Origin: Eledone cirrhosa
Lineage: Eukaryota
NCBI GenBank assembly: GCA_964016885.1
Contig: OZ024743.1
Span: 178,932,001 to 178,996,000 of the forward strand
DNA length: 64,000 nt
Direction: 5' to 3'
Shown here: piece by piece, positions 53,001 through 64,000 of the stretch
Layout of the letters: each line of letters begins with the position of its first letter
Position numbering within the stretch: the stretch's first letter is position 1
The notes under the pieces: model-generated
Database searches by the model: none
Seen by the model: only the letters and a program-made list of their open reading frames with translations
What the model was told of the DNA's origin: nothing
Position numbers and translations under genes: made by a program

Positions 53001-56000
53001 TGGTGTTGTCAGTGGTGTGGTTGTTGGTGTTGTCAGTGGTGTGGTTGTTGGTGTTGTCAGTAGTGTGGTTGTTGGTGTTGTCAGTGGTGTGGTTGTTGGT
53101 GTTGTCAGTGGTGTGGTTGTTGGTGTTGTCAGTGGTGTGGTTGTTGGTGTTGTCTGTGGTGTGGTTGTTGGTGTTGTCAGTGGTGTGGTTGTTGGTGTTG
53201 TCAGTGGTGTGGTTGTTGGTGTTGTCTGTGGTGTGGTTGTTGGTGTTGTCAGTAGTGTGGTTGTTGGTGTTGTCAGTGGTGTGGTTGTTGGTGTTTGTCA
53301 GTGGTGTGGTTGTTGGTGTTGTCAGTAGTGTGGTTGTTGGTGTTGTCAGTGGTGTGGTTGTTGGTGTTGTTAGTGGTGTGGTTGTTGGTGTTGTCAGTGG
53401 TGTGGCTGTTGGTGTTGTCAGTAGTGTGGTTGTTGGTGTTGTCAGTGGTGTGGTTGTTGGTGTTGTCAGTGGTGTGGTTGTTGGTGTTGTCCGTGGTGTG
53501 GCTGTTGGTGTTTTGTCAGTGGTGTGGTTGTTGGTGTTGTCTGTGGTGTGGTTGTTGGTGTTGTCTGTTTTGTGGTTGTTGGTGTTGTCAGTAGTGTGGT
53601 TGTTGGTGTTGTCAGTGGTGTGGTTGTTGGTGTTTTGTCAGTGGTGTGGTTGTTGGTGTTGTCAGTAGTGTGGTTGTTGGTGTTGTCAGTAGTGTGGTTG
53701 TTGGTGTTGTCAGTAGTGTGGTTGATGGTGTTGTCTGTGGTGTGGCTGTTGGTGTTTTGTCAGTGGTGTGGTTGTTGGTGTTGTCAGTGGTGTGGTTGTT
53801 GGTGTTGTCAGTGGTGTGGTTGTTGGTGTTGTCAGTGGTGTGGTTGTTGGTGTTGTCAGTGGTGTTGTCAGTAGTGTGGTTGTTGGTGTTGTCAGTGGTG
53901 TGGTTGTTGGTGTTGTCAGTGGTGTGGTTGTTGGTGTTGTCAGTAGTGTGGTTGTTGGTGTTGTCAGTGGTGTGGTTGTTGGTGTTGTCAGTAGTGTGGT
54001 TGTTGGTGTTGTCAGTGGTGTGGTTGTTGGTGTTGTCAGTGGTGTGGTTGTTGGTGTTGTCAGTAGTGTGGTTGTTGGTGTTGTCAGTGGTGTGGTTGTT
54101 GGTGTTGTCAGTAGTGTGGTTGTTGGTGTTGTCAGTGGTGTGGTTGTTGGTGTTGTCAGTGGTGTGGTTGTTGGTGTTGTCAGTAGTGTGGTTGTTGGTG
54201 TTGTCAGTGGTGTGGCTGTTGGTGTTGTCAGTGGTGTGGTTGTTGGTGTTGTCAGTAGTGTGGTTGTTGGTGTTGTCAGTGGTGTGGTTGTTGGTGTTGT
54301 CAGTGGTGTGGTTGTTGGTGTTGTCAGTAGTGTGGTTGTTGGTGTTGTCAGTAGTGTGGTTGTTGGTGTTGTCTGTGGTGTGGTTGTTGGTGTTGTCAGT
54401 GGTGTGGTTGTTGGTGTTGTCAGTAGTGTGGTTGTTGGTGTTGTCTGTGGTGTGGTTGTTGGTGTTGTCAGTAGTGTGGATGTTGGTGTTGTCAGTGGTG
54501 TGGATGTTGGTGTTGTCAGTGGTGTGGTTGTTGGTGTTGTCAGTGGTGTGGTTGTTGGATTTGTCAGTGGTGTGGTTGTTGGTGTTGTCAGTGGTGTGGT
54601 TGTTGGATTTGTCAGTGGTGTGGTTGTTGGTGTTGGCAGTGGTGTTGTTGTTGGTGTTGTCAGTAGTGTGGTTGTTGGTGTTGTCAGTCGTGTGGTTGTT
54701 GGTGTTGTCAGTGGTGTGGTTGTTGGTGTTGTCAGTAGTGTGGTTGTTGGTGTTGACAGTAGTGTGGTTGTTGGTGTTGTCAGTGGTGTGGTTGTTGGTG
54801 TTGTCAGTGGTGTGGTTGTTGGTGTTGTCAGTGGTGTGGCTGTTGGTGTTGTCAGTAGTGTGGTTGTTGGTGTTGCCTGTGGTGTGGTTGTTGGTGTTGT
54901 CTGTGGTGTGGTTGTTGGTGTTGTCAGTAGTGTGGTTGTTGGTGTTGTCAGTAGTGTGCTTGTTGGTGTTGTCAGTGGTGTGGTTGTTGGATTTGTCATT
55001 GGTGTGGTTGTTGGTGTTGTCTGTGGTGTGGTTGTTGGTGTTGGCAGTAGTGTGGTTGTTGGTGTTGTCAGTGGTGTGGTTGTTGGTGTTGTCAGTGGTG
55101 TGGTTGTTGGTGTTGTCAGTGGTGTGGTTGTTGGTGTTGGCAGTGGTTTTGTTGTTGGTGTTGTCAGTGGTGTGGTTGTTGGATTTGTCAGTGGTGTGGT
55201 TGTTGGTGTTGTCAGTGGTGTGGTTGTTGGTGTTGGCAGTGGTTTTGTTGTTGGTGTTGTCAGTAGTGTGGTTGTTGGTGTTGTCAGTGGTGTGGTTGTT
55301 GGTGTTGTCAGTAGTGTGGTTGTTGGTGTTGTCAGTAGTGTGGTTGTTGGTGTTGTCAGTAGTGTGGTTGTTGGTGTTGTCAGTGGTGTGGTTGTTGGAT
55401 TTGTCAGTGGTGTGGTTGTTGGTGTTGTCAGTGGTGTGGTTGTTGGTGTTGGCAGTGGTTTTGTTGTTGGTGTTGTCAGTAGTGTGGTTGTTGGTGTTGT
55501 CAGTGGTGTGGTTGTTGGATTTGTCACTGGTGTGGTTGTTGGTGTTGTCAGTGGTGTGGTTGTTGGTGTTGTCAGTAGTGTGGTTGTTGATGTTGTCAGT
55601 GGTGTGGTTGTTGGATTTGTCAGTGGTGTTGTTGTTGGTGTTGTCAGTGGTGTGGTTGTTGGTGTTGTCAGTAGTGTGGTTGTTGGTGTTGTCAGTGGTG
55701 TGGTTGTTGGTGTTGGCAGTGGTTTTGTTGTTGGTGTTGGCAGTGGTTTTGTTGTTGGTGTTGTCAGTAGTGTGGTTGTTGGTGTTGTCAGTAGTGTGGT
55801 TGTTGGTGTTGTCAGTGGTGTGGTTGTTGGTGTTGTCAGTAGTGTGGTTGTTGGTATTGTCTGTTTTGTGGTTGTTGGTGTTGTCAGTAGTGTGGTTGTT
55901 GGTGTTGTCAGTAGTGTGGTTGTTGGTGTTGTCAGTGGTGTGGTTGTTGGTGTTGTCAGTAGTGTGGTTGTTGGTGTTGTCAGTGGTGTGGTTGTTGGAT

Positions 56001-58070
56001 TTGTCAGTGGTGTGGTTGTTGGTGTTGTCAGTAGTGTGGTTGTTGGTGTTGTCAGTAGTGTGGTTGTTGGTGTTGTCAGTGGTGTGGTTGTTGGTGTTGT
56101 CAGTGGTGTGGTTGTTGGTGTTGTCAGTAGTGTAGTTGTTGGTGTTGTCAGTAGTGTGGTTGTTGGTGTTGTCAGTGGTGTGATTGTTGGTGTTGTCTGT
56201 GGTGTGGTTGTTGGTGTTGTCAGTGGTGTGGTTGTTGGTGTTGTCAGTAGTGTGGTTGTTGGTGTTGTCAGTAGTGTGGTTGTTGGTGTTGTCAGTAGTG
56301 TGGTTGTTGGTGTTGTCAGTGGTGTGGTTGTTGGTGTTGTCAGTAGTGTGGTTGTTGGTGTTGTCAGTGGTGTGGTTGTTGGTGTTGTCAGTGGTGTGAT
56401 TGTTGGTGTTGTCTGTGGTGTGGTTGTTGGTGTTGTCAGTAGTGTGGTTGTTGGTGTTGTCAGTAGTGTGGTTGTTGGTGTTGTCAGTAGTGTGGTTGTT
56501 GGTGTTGTCAGTGGTGTGGTTGTTGGTGTTGTCAGTAGTGTGGTTGTTGGTGTTGTCAGTGGTGTGGCTGTTGGTGTTGTCAGTGGTGTGGCTGTTGGTG
56601 TTGTCTGTGGTGTGGCTGTTGGTGTTGTCAGTGGTGTGGTTGTTGGTGTTGTCAGTGGTGTGGTTGTTGGATTTGTCAGTGGTGTGGTTGTTGGTGTTGT
56701 CAGTAGTGTGGTTGTTGGTGTTGTCAGTAGTGTGGTTGTTGGTGTTGTCAGTGGTGTGGTTGTTGGTGTTGTCAGTGGTGTGGTTGTTGATGTTGTCAGT
56801 AGTGTGGTTGTTGATGTTGTCAGTAGTGTGGTTGTTGGTGTTGTCTGTGGTGTGGTTGTTGGTGTTGTCAGTGGTGTGGTTGTTGGTGTTGTCTGTGGTG
56901 TGGTTGTTGGTGTTGGCAGTGGTGTTGTTGTTGGTGTTGTCAGTGGTGTGGTTGTTGGTGTTCTCAGTGGTGTGGTTGTTGGTGTTGTCTGTGGTGTGGT
57001 TGTTGGTGTTGTCAGTCGTGTGGTTGTTGGTGTTGTCAGTGGTGTGGTTGTTGGTGTTGTCTGTGGTGTTGTTGTTGGTGTTGTCAGTGGTGTGGTTGTT
57101 GGTGTTGTCAGTGGTGTGGTTGTTGGTGTTGTCAGTGGTGTGGTTGTTGAAGTTGTCAGTGGTGTGGTTGTTGGTGTTGTCAGTGGTGTGGTTGTTGGTG
57201 TTGTCAGTAGTGTGGTTGTTGGTGTTGTCAGTGGTGTGGTTGTTGGTGTTGTCAGTGGTGTGGTTGTTGGTGTTGTCAGTGGTGTGGTTGTTGGTGTTGT
57301 CAGTAGTGTGGTTGTTGGTGTTGTCAGTGGTGTGGTTGTTGGTGTTGTCAGTGGTGTGGTTGTTGGTGTTGTCAGTGGTGTGGTTGTTGGTGTTGTCTGT
57401 GGTGTGGTTGTTGGTGTTGTCAGTGGTGTGGTTGTTGGTGTTGTCAGTGGTGTGGTTGTTGGTGTTGTCTGTGGTGTGGTTGTTGGTGTTGTCAGTAGTG
57501 TGGTTGTTGGTGTTGTCAGTGGTGTGGTTGTTGGTGTTGTCAGTGGTGTGGTTGTTGGTGTTGTCAGTAGTGTGGTTGTTGGTGTTGTCAGTGGTGTGGT
57601 TGTTGGTGTTGTCAGTGGTGTGGTTGTTGGTGTTGTCAGTGGTGTGGCTGTTGGTGTTGTCAGTAGTGTGGTTGTTGGTGTTGTCAGTGGTGTGGTTGTT
57701 GGTGTTGTCAGTGGTGTGGTTGTTGGTGTTGTCTGTGGTGTGGCTGTTGGTGTTTTGTCAGTGGTGTGGTTGTTGGTGTTGTCTGTGGTGTGGTTGTTGG
57801 TGTTGTCTGTTTTGTGGTTGTTGGTGTTGTCAGTAGTGTGGTTGTTGGTGTTGTCAGTGGTGTGGTTGTTGGTGTTTTGTCAGTGGTGTGGTTGTTGGTG
57901 TTGTCAGTAGTGTGGTTGTTGGTGTTGTCAGTAGTGTGGTTGTTGGTGTTGTCAGTAGTGTGGTTGTTGGTGTTGTCTCTGGTGTGGCTGTTGGTGTTTT
58001 GTCAGTGGTGTGGTTGTTGGTGTTGTCAGTGGTGTGGTTGTTGGTGTTGTCAGTGGTGTGGTTGTTGGTG
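50090..58070. repeat. 4,243-bp-period tandem duplication within the 24-mer array
   Basis: GCCTGT ~50632/54875; GTGCTT ~50713/54956; TTCTCAG ~52718/56961; GAAGTT ~52906/57149; identical track ORFs at 51941 and 56184. Confidence 0.93.
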
Positions 58071-61000
58071 TTGTCAGTAGTGTGGTTGTTGGTGTTGTCA
58101 GTGGTGTGGTTGTTGGTGTTGTCAGTGGTGTGGTTGTTGGTGTTGTCAGTAGTGTGGTTGTTGGTGTTGTCAGTGGTGTGGTTGTTGGTGTTGTCAGTAG
58201 TGTGGTTGTTGGTGTTGTCAGTGGTGTGGTTGTTGGTGTTGTCAGTGGTGTGGTTTTTGGTGTTGTCAGTGGTGTGGTTGTTGGTGTTGTCAGTGGTGTG
58301 GTTGTTGGTGTTGTCAGTAGTGTGGTTGTTGGTGTTGTCAGTGGTGTGGTTGTTGGTGTTGTCAGTGGTGTGGTTGTTGGTGTTGTCAGTAGTGTGGTTG
58401 TTGGTGTTGTCAGTGGTGTGGTTGTTGGTGTTGTCAGTAGTGTGGTTGTTGGTGTTGTCAGTGGTGTGGTTGTTGGTGTTGTCAGTGGTGTGGTTGTTGG
58501 TGTTGTCAGTAGTGTGGTTGTTGGTGTTGTCAGTGGTGTGGTTGTTGGTGTTGTCAGTAGTGTGATTGTTGGTGTTGTCAGTGGTGTGGTTGTTGGTGTT
58601 GTCAGTGGTGTGGTTGTTGGTGTTGTCAGTAGTGTGGTTGTTGGTGTTGTCAGTGGTGTGGCTGTTGGTGTTGTCAGTGGTGTGGTTGTTGGTGTTGTCA
58701 GTAGTGTGGTTGTTGGTGTTGTCAGTGGTGTGGTTGTTGGTGTTGTCAGTGGTGTGGTTGTTGGTGTTGTCAGTAGTGTGGTTGTTGGTGTTGTCAGTGG
58801 TGTGGTTGTTGGTGTTGTCAGTGGTGTGGTTGTTGGTGTTGTCAGTAGTGTGGTTGTTGGTGTTGTCAGTGGTGTGGCTGTTGGTGTTGTCAGTGGTGTG
58901 GTTGTTGGTGTTGTCAGTAGTGTGGATGTTGGTGTTGTCAGTGGTGTGGTTGTTGGTGTTGTCAGTGGTGCGGTTGTTGGTGTTGTCTGTGGTGTGGTTG
59001 TTGGTGTTGTCAGTGGTGTGGTTGTTGGTGTTGTCAGTGGTGTGGTTGTTGGTGTTGTCAGTGGTGTGGTTGTTGGTGTTGTCAGTGGTGTGGTTGTTGG
59101 TGTTGTCAGTGGTGTGGTTGTTGGTGTTGTCAGTAGTGTGGATGTTGGTGTTGTCAGTGGTGTGGTTGTTGGTGTTGTCAGTAGTGTGGTTGTTGGTGTT
59201 GTCAGTGGTGTGGTTGTTGGTGTTGTCAGTGGTGTGGCTGTTGGTGTTGTCAGTAGTGTGGTTGTTGGTGTTGTCAGTAGTGTGGATGTTGGTGTTGTCA
59301 GTGGTGTGGTTGTTGGTGTTGTCAGTGGTGCGGTTGTTGGTGTTGTCTGTGGTGTGATTGTTCTGTTGTCAGTAGTGTGGTTGTTGGTGTTGTCAGTGGT
59401 GTGGTTGTTGGTGTTGTTAGTAGTGTGGTTGTTGGTGTTGTCAGTTGTGTGGTTGTTGGTGTTGTCTGTGGTGTGGTTGTTGGTGTTGTCTGTGGTGTGG
59501 ATGTTGGTGTTGTCAGTGGTGTGGTTGTTGGTGTTGTCAGTGGTATGGTTGTTGGTGTTGTCAGTAGTGTGGTTGTTGGTGTTGTCAGTAGTGTGGTTGT
59601 TGGTGTTGACAGTGGTGTGGTTGTTGGTGTTGTCAGTAGTGTGGATGTTGGTGTTGTCAGTAGTGTGGTTGTTGGTGTTGTCAGTGGTGGGGTTGTTGGT
59701 GTTGTCAGTAGTGTGGATGTTGGTGTTGTCAGTAGTGTGGTTGTTGGTGTTGTCAATGGTGTGGTTGTTGGTGTTGTCAGTGGTGTGGTTGTTGGTGTTG
59801 TCAGTGGTGGGGTTGTTGGTGTTGTCAGTAGTGTGGATGTTGGTGTTGTCAGTGGTGTGGTTGTTGGTGTTGTCAGTGGTGTGGTTGTTGGTGTTGTCAG
59901 TGGTGTGGTTGTTGGTGTTGTCAGTGGTGTGGTTGTTGGTGTTGTCAGTAGTGTGGTTGTTGGTGTTGTCAGTGGTGTGGTTGTTGGTGTTGTCAGTAGT
60001 GTGGTTGTTGGTGTTGTCAGTGGTGTGGTTGTTGGTGTTGTCAGTAGTGTGGATGTTGGTGTTGTCAGTGGTGTGGTTGTTGGTGTTGTCAGTGGTGTGG
60101 TTGTTGGTGTTGTCAGTGGTGTGGCTGTTGGTGTTGTCAGTGGTGTGGTTGTTGGTGTTGTCAGTGGTGTGGTTGTTGGTGTTGTCAGTGGTGTGGCTGT
60201 TGGTGTTGTCAGTGGTGTGGTTGTTGGTGTTGTCAGTGGTGGGGTTGTTGGTGTTGTCAGTAGTGTGGATGTTGGTGTTGTCAGTGGTGTGGTTGTTGGT
60301 GTTGTCAGTAGTGTGGTTGTTGGTGTTGTCAGTAGTGTGGATGTTGGTGTTGTCAGTGGTGTGGCTGTTGGTGTTGTCAGTAGTGTGGTTGTTGGTGTTG
60401 TCAGTACTGTGGATGTTGGTGTTGTCAGTGGTGTGGTTGTTGGTGTTGTCACTGGTGTGGTTGTTGGTGTTGTCAGTAGTGTGGATGTTGGTGTTGTCAG
60501 TGGTGTGGTTGTTGGTGTTGTCAGTGGTGTGGTTGTTGGTGTTGTCAGTGGTGTGGTTGTTGGTGTTGTCATTAGTGTGGATGTTGGTGTTGTCAGTGGT
60601 GTGGTTGTTGGTGTTGTCAGTGGTGTGGTTGTTGGTGTTGTCAGTGGTGTGGTTGTTGGTGTTGTCAGTGGTGTGGTTGTTGGTGTTGTCAGTAGTGTGG
60701 ATGTTGGTGTTGTCAGTGGTGTGGTTGTTGGTGTTGTCAGTAGTGTGGTTGTTGGTGTTGTCAGTAGTGTGGATGTTGGTGTTGTCAGTGGTGTGGCTGT
60801 TGGTGTTGTCAGTAGTGTGGTTGTTGGTGTTGTCAGTAGTGTGGTTGTTGCTGTTGTCAGTGGTGTGGTTGTTGGTGTTGTCAGTGGTGTGGTTGTTGGT
60901 GTTGTCAGTGGTGTGGTTGTTGGTGTTGTCAGTGGTGTGGATGTTGGTGTTGTCAGTGGTGTGGCTGTTGGTGTTGTCAGTAGTGTGGTTGTTGGTGTTG

Positions 61001-64000
61001 TCAGTAGTGTGGTTGTTGCTGTTGTCAGTGGTGTGGTTGTTGGTGTTGTCAGTAGTGTGGTTGTTGGTGTTGTCAGTGGTGTGGTTGTTGGTGTTGTCAG
61101 TGGTGTGGCTGTTGGTGTTGTCTGTGGTGTGGTTGTTGGGGTTGTCAGTGGTGTGGTTGTTGGTGTTGTCAGTAGTGTGGTTGTTGGTGTTGTCTGTGGT
61201 GTGGTTGTTGGTGTTGTCAGTGGTGTGGTTGTTGGTGTTGTCAGTAGTGTGGTTGTTGGTGTTGTCTGTGGTGTGGTTGTTGGTGTTGTCTGTGGTGTGG
61301 TTGTTGGTGTTGTCAGTGGTGTGGTTGTTGGTGTTGTCAGTGGTGTGGTTGTTGGTGTTGTCAGTGGTGTGGCTGTTGGTGTTGTCAGTAGTGTGGTTGT
61401 TGGTGTTGTCAGTGGTGTGGTTGTTGGTGTTGTCAGTGGTGTGGTTGTTGGTGTTGTCAGTGGTGTGGTTGTTGGTGTTGTCAGTGGTGTGGTTGATGGT
61501 GTTGTCAGTAGTGTGGTTGTTGGTGTTGTCTGTGGTGTGGCTGTTGGTGTTGTCAGTAGTGTGGTTGTTGGTGTTGTCAGTAGTGTGGTTGTTGCTGTTG
61601 TCAGTGGTGTGGTTGTTGGTGTTGTCAGTGGTGTGGTTGTTGGTGTTGTCAGTGGTGTGGTTGTTGGTGTTGTCAGTGGTGTGGTTGTTGGTGTTGTCAG
61701 TGGTGTGGTTGTTGGTGTTGTCAGTAGTGTGGTTGTTGGTGTTGTCTGTGGTGTGGTTGTTGGTGTTGTCTGTGGTGTGGTTGTTGGTGTTGTCAGTGGT
61801 GTGGTTGTTGGTGTTATCAGTGGTGTGGTTGTTGGTGTTGTCAGTAGTGTGGCTGTTGGTGTTGTCAGTTGTGTGGTTGTTGCTGTTGTCTGTGGTGTGG
61901 TTGTTGGTGTTGTCAGTAGTGTGGTTGTTGGTGTTGTCAGTAGTGTGGTTGTTGGTGTTGTCAGTGGTGTGGTTGTTGCTGTTGTCTGTGGTGTGGTTGT
62001 TGGTGTTGTCAGTAGTGTGGTTGTTGGTGTTGTCAGTGTTGTGGTTGTTGGTGTTGTCAGTAGTGTGGCTGTTGGTGTTGTCAGTGGTGTGGTTGTTGCT
62101 GTTGTCTGTGGTGTGGTTGTTGGTGTTGTCAGTGGTGTGGTTGTTGGTGTTGTCAGTAGTGTGGTTATTGCTGTTGTCAGTGGTGTGGTTGTTGGTGTTT
62201 TGTCAGTGGTGTGGTTGTTGGTGTTGTCAGTAGTGTGGTTGTTGGTGTTGTCAGTGGTGTGGTTATTCGTGTTGTCAGTGGTGTGGTTGTTGGTGTTGTC
62301 AGTAGTGTGGTTGTTGGTGTTGTCAGTGGTGTGGTTGTTGGTGTTGTCAGTAGTGTGGTTGTTGGTGTTGTCAGTGGTGTGGATGTTGGTGTTGTCAGTG
62401 GTGTGGTTGTTGGTGTTGTCAGTGGTGTGGTTGTTGGTGTTGTCAGTGGTGTGGTTGTTGGTGTTGTCTGTGGTGTGGTTGTTGGTGTTGTCAGTAGTGT
62501 GGATGTTGGTGTTGTCAGTGGTGTGGTTGTTGGTGTTGTCACTGGTGTGGTTGTTGGTGTTGTCAGTGGTGGGGTTGTTGGTGTTGTCAGTGGTGTGGAT
62601 GTTGGTGTTGACAGTGGTGTGGTTGTTGGTGTTGTCAGTGGTGTGGTTGTTGGTGTTGTCAGTTGTGTGGTTGTAGGTGTTGTCAGTGGTGTGGTTGTTG
62701 GTGTTGTCAGTTGTGTGGTTGTAGGTGTTGTCAGTGGTGTGGTTGTTGGTGTTGTCAGTGGTGTGGTTGTTGGTGTTGTCAGTGGTGTGGTTGTTGGTGT
62801 TGTCAGTTGTGTGGTTGTTGGTGTTGTCAGTGGTGTGGTTGTTGGTGTTGTCAGTGGTGTGGTTGTTGGTGTTGTCAGTGGTGTGGTTGTTGGTGTTGTC
62901 AGTGGTGTGGTTGTTGGTGTTGTCAGTGGTGTGGTTGTTGGTGTTGTCAGTGGTGTGGTTGTTGGTGTTGTCAGTTGTGTGGTTGTAGGTGTTGTCAGTG
63001 GTGTGGTTGTTGGTGTTGTCAGTGGTGTGGTTGTTGGTGTTGTCAGTGGTGTGGTTGTAGGTGTTGTCAGTGGTGTGGTTGTTGGTGTTGTCAGTGGTGT
63101 GGTTGTTGGTGTTGTCAGTGGTGTGGTTGTTGGTGTTGTCAGTGGTGTGGTTGTTGGTGTTGTCAGTGGTGTGGTTGTTGGTGTTGTCAGTGGTGTGGTT
63201 GTTGGTGTTGTCAGTGGTGTGGTTGTTGGTGTTGTCAGTGGTGTGGTTGTTGGTGTTGTCACTGGTGTGGTTGTTGGTGTTGTCAGTGGTGGGGTTGTTG
63301 GTGTTGTCAGTGGTGTGGTTGTTGGTGTTGTCAGTAGTGTGGATGTTGGTGTTGTCAGTGGTGTGGTTGTTGGTGTTGTCACTGGTGTGGTTGTTGGTGT
63401 TGTCAGTGGTGTGGTTGTTGGTGTTGTCAGTGGTGTGGTTGTTGGTGTTGTCAGTGGTGTGGATGTTGGTGTTGTCAGTAGTGTGGTTGTTTGTGTTGTC
63501 AGTGGTGTGGATGTTGGTGTTGTCAGTGGTGTGGTTGTTTGTGTTGTCAGTGGTGTGGTTGTTGGTGTTGTCAGTGGTGTGGTTGTTGGTGTTGTCAGTG
63601 GTGTGGTTGTTGGTGTTGTCAGTGGTGTGGTTGTTGGTGTTGTCAGTGGTGTGGTTGTTGGTGTTGACAGTGGTGTGGTTGTTGGTGTTGTCAGTGGTGT
63701 GGATGTTGGTGTTGTCAGTGGTGTGGTTGTTGGTGTTGTCAGTGGTGTGGTTTTTGGTGTTGTCAGTGGTGTGGTTGTTGGTGTTGTCTGTGGTGTGGTT
63801 GTTGGTGTTGTCAGTGGTGTGGTTGTTGGTGTTGTCAGTGGTGTGGTTGTTGGTGTTGTCACTGGTGTGGTTGGTGGTGTTGTCAGTAGTGTGGTTGTTG
63901 GTGTTGTCAGTGGTGTGGTTGTTGGTGTTGTCAGTAGTGTGGTTGTTGGTGTTGTCAGTGGTGTGGTTGTTGGTGTTGTCAGTAGTGTGGTTGTTGGTGT

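Larger units (their letters stand above)
19235..64000 (-). pseudogene. Possible giant mucin-type PTS tandem-repeat region, (TTPTTTPL)n, interrupted by recurrent frameshifts; could equally be non-coding satellite
   Basis: The minus strand reads ACA ACA CCA ACA ACC ACA CCA CTG = TTPTTTPL, typical of O-glycosylated mucin domains. The frame is broken at ~22296, 26213, 26875, 33320, 33431, 39805, 40467, 49835, 53295, 53511, 53633, 53755, 57753, 57875, 57997, 59363 and 62198. No start, signal peptide, VWD, CysD, SEA or TM domain is visible in the window. Confidence 0.35.
19271..64000. repeat. 24-bp minisatellite/satellite array, consensus CAGTGGTGTGGTTGTTGGTGTTGT (~44.7 kb, ~1,860 units; runs off the right edge)
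   Basis: Continuous 24-bp periodicity read directly. Common variants: CTGTGG, CAGTAG, CTGTTT, GACAGT, GGATTT, GGCAGT, GGCTG, GGATG, CACTGG. Occasional 15-bp and 12-bp shortened units and a few 1-2 bp indels. Confidence 0.98.

Noticed and set aside
53290-53300. Singleton indels (+T at ~53295; also +G at ~4921, -T at ~6287 and the -1 change at ~59363) as meaningful frameshift signals
   Set aside because: Each is seen once, and the 53295 insertion is absent from the duplicate copy near 57537. They are likely consensus errors or recent private mutations.
18964-62676. Very long + strand ORFs (LLVLSVVW)n and (VVVGVVSG)n resembling membrane or elastin-like proteins
   Set aside because: They are antisense shadows of the repeat, with implausible uninterrupted hydrophobicity and non-ATG starts. 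The LLVLSVVW frame is hit by variant stops (TGA, TAA, TAG).
19427-63337. Cys-rich (CGCWCCQW)n ORFs resembling metallothionein or keratin-associated proteins
   Set aside because: This is the third frame of the same 24-mer, closed by the very common TAG variant.
19235-64000. Assigning a gene symbol such as MUC2 or MUC5AC
   Set aside because: The repeat units do not match ones I recognise for those genes, no diagnostic domain is in the window, and the organism is unknown.
19271-64000. Telomerase-synthesised telomere
   Set aside because: There is no canonical motif, and multi-kb duplications with inherited variants indicate recombinational amplification rather than templated addition.
1-64000. 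tRNA/rRNA/ncRNA hairpins, promoters, poly(A) signals, splice sites, transposon ends
   Set aside because: There are no inverted repeats or unique sequence. GT/AG dinucleotides occur in every unit and are uninformative.

Overview
The whole 64 kb is tandem-repeat DNA with extreme strand bias (the + strand is about 90% G+T). I see no unique sequence, RNA gene, transposon, CRISPR spacer or globular protein domain. Two arrays meet in phase at ~19,270. (1) 1-19,270 is a composite satellite with a conserved ~60-bp core (GTGGTTGTCGATGGTAGTGTGGTTGATGACGTTGTTGTTGGTGGTGTTGGTGTTGTTGATATT) followed by variable (GTT)n(GGT)n tracts. (2) 19,271-64,000 is a 24-bp minisatellite (CAGTGGTGTGGTTGTTGGTGTTGT, roughly 1,860 units) with a rich code of variant units. 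On the minus strand both arrays read as mucin-like Pro/Thr/Ser repeats (PPPPTTTTISTTPTPPTTTSSTTLPSTTTPL and TTPTTTPL). However, the frame is broken by indels that recur identically in copies of ~6.5-7 kb and ~4.2 kb higher-order duplications. This is therefore either a giant, partly frameshifted mucin PTS region or a non-coding satellite that mimics one; the sequence alone cannot decide. The long ORFs in the track are largely a consequence of base composition, and most of their 'M' starts are alternative (non-ATG) codons. Coordinates were read by eye, and block boundaries are approximate.
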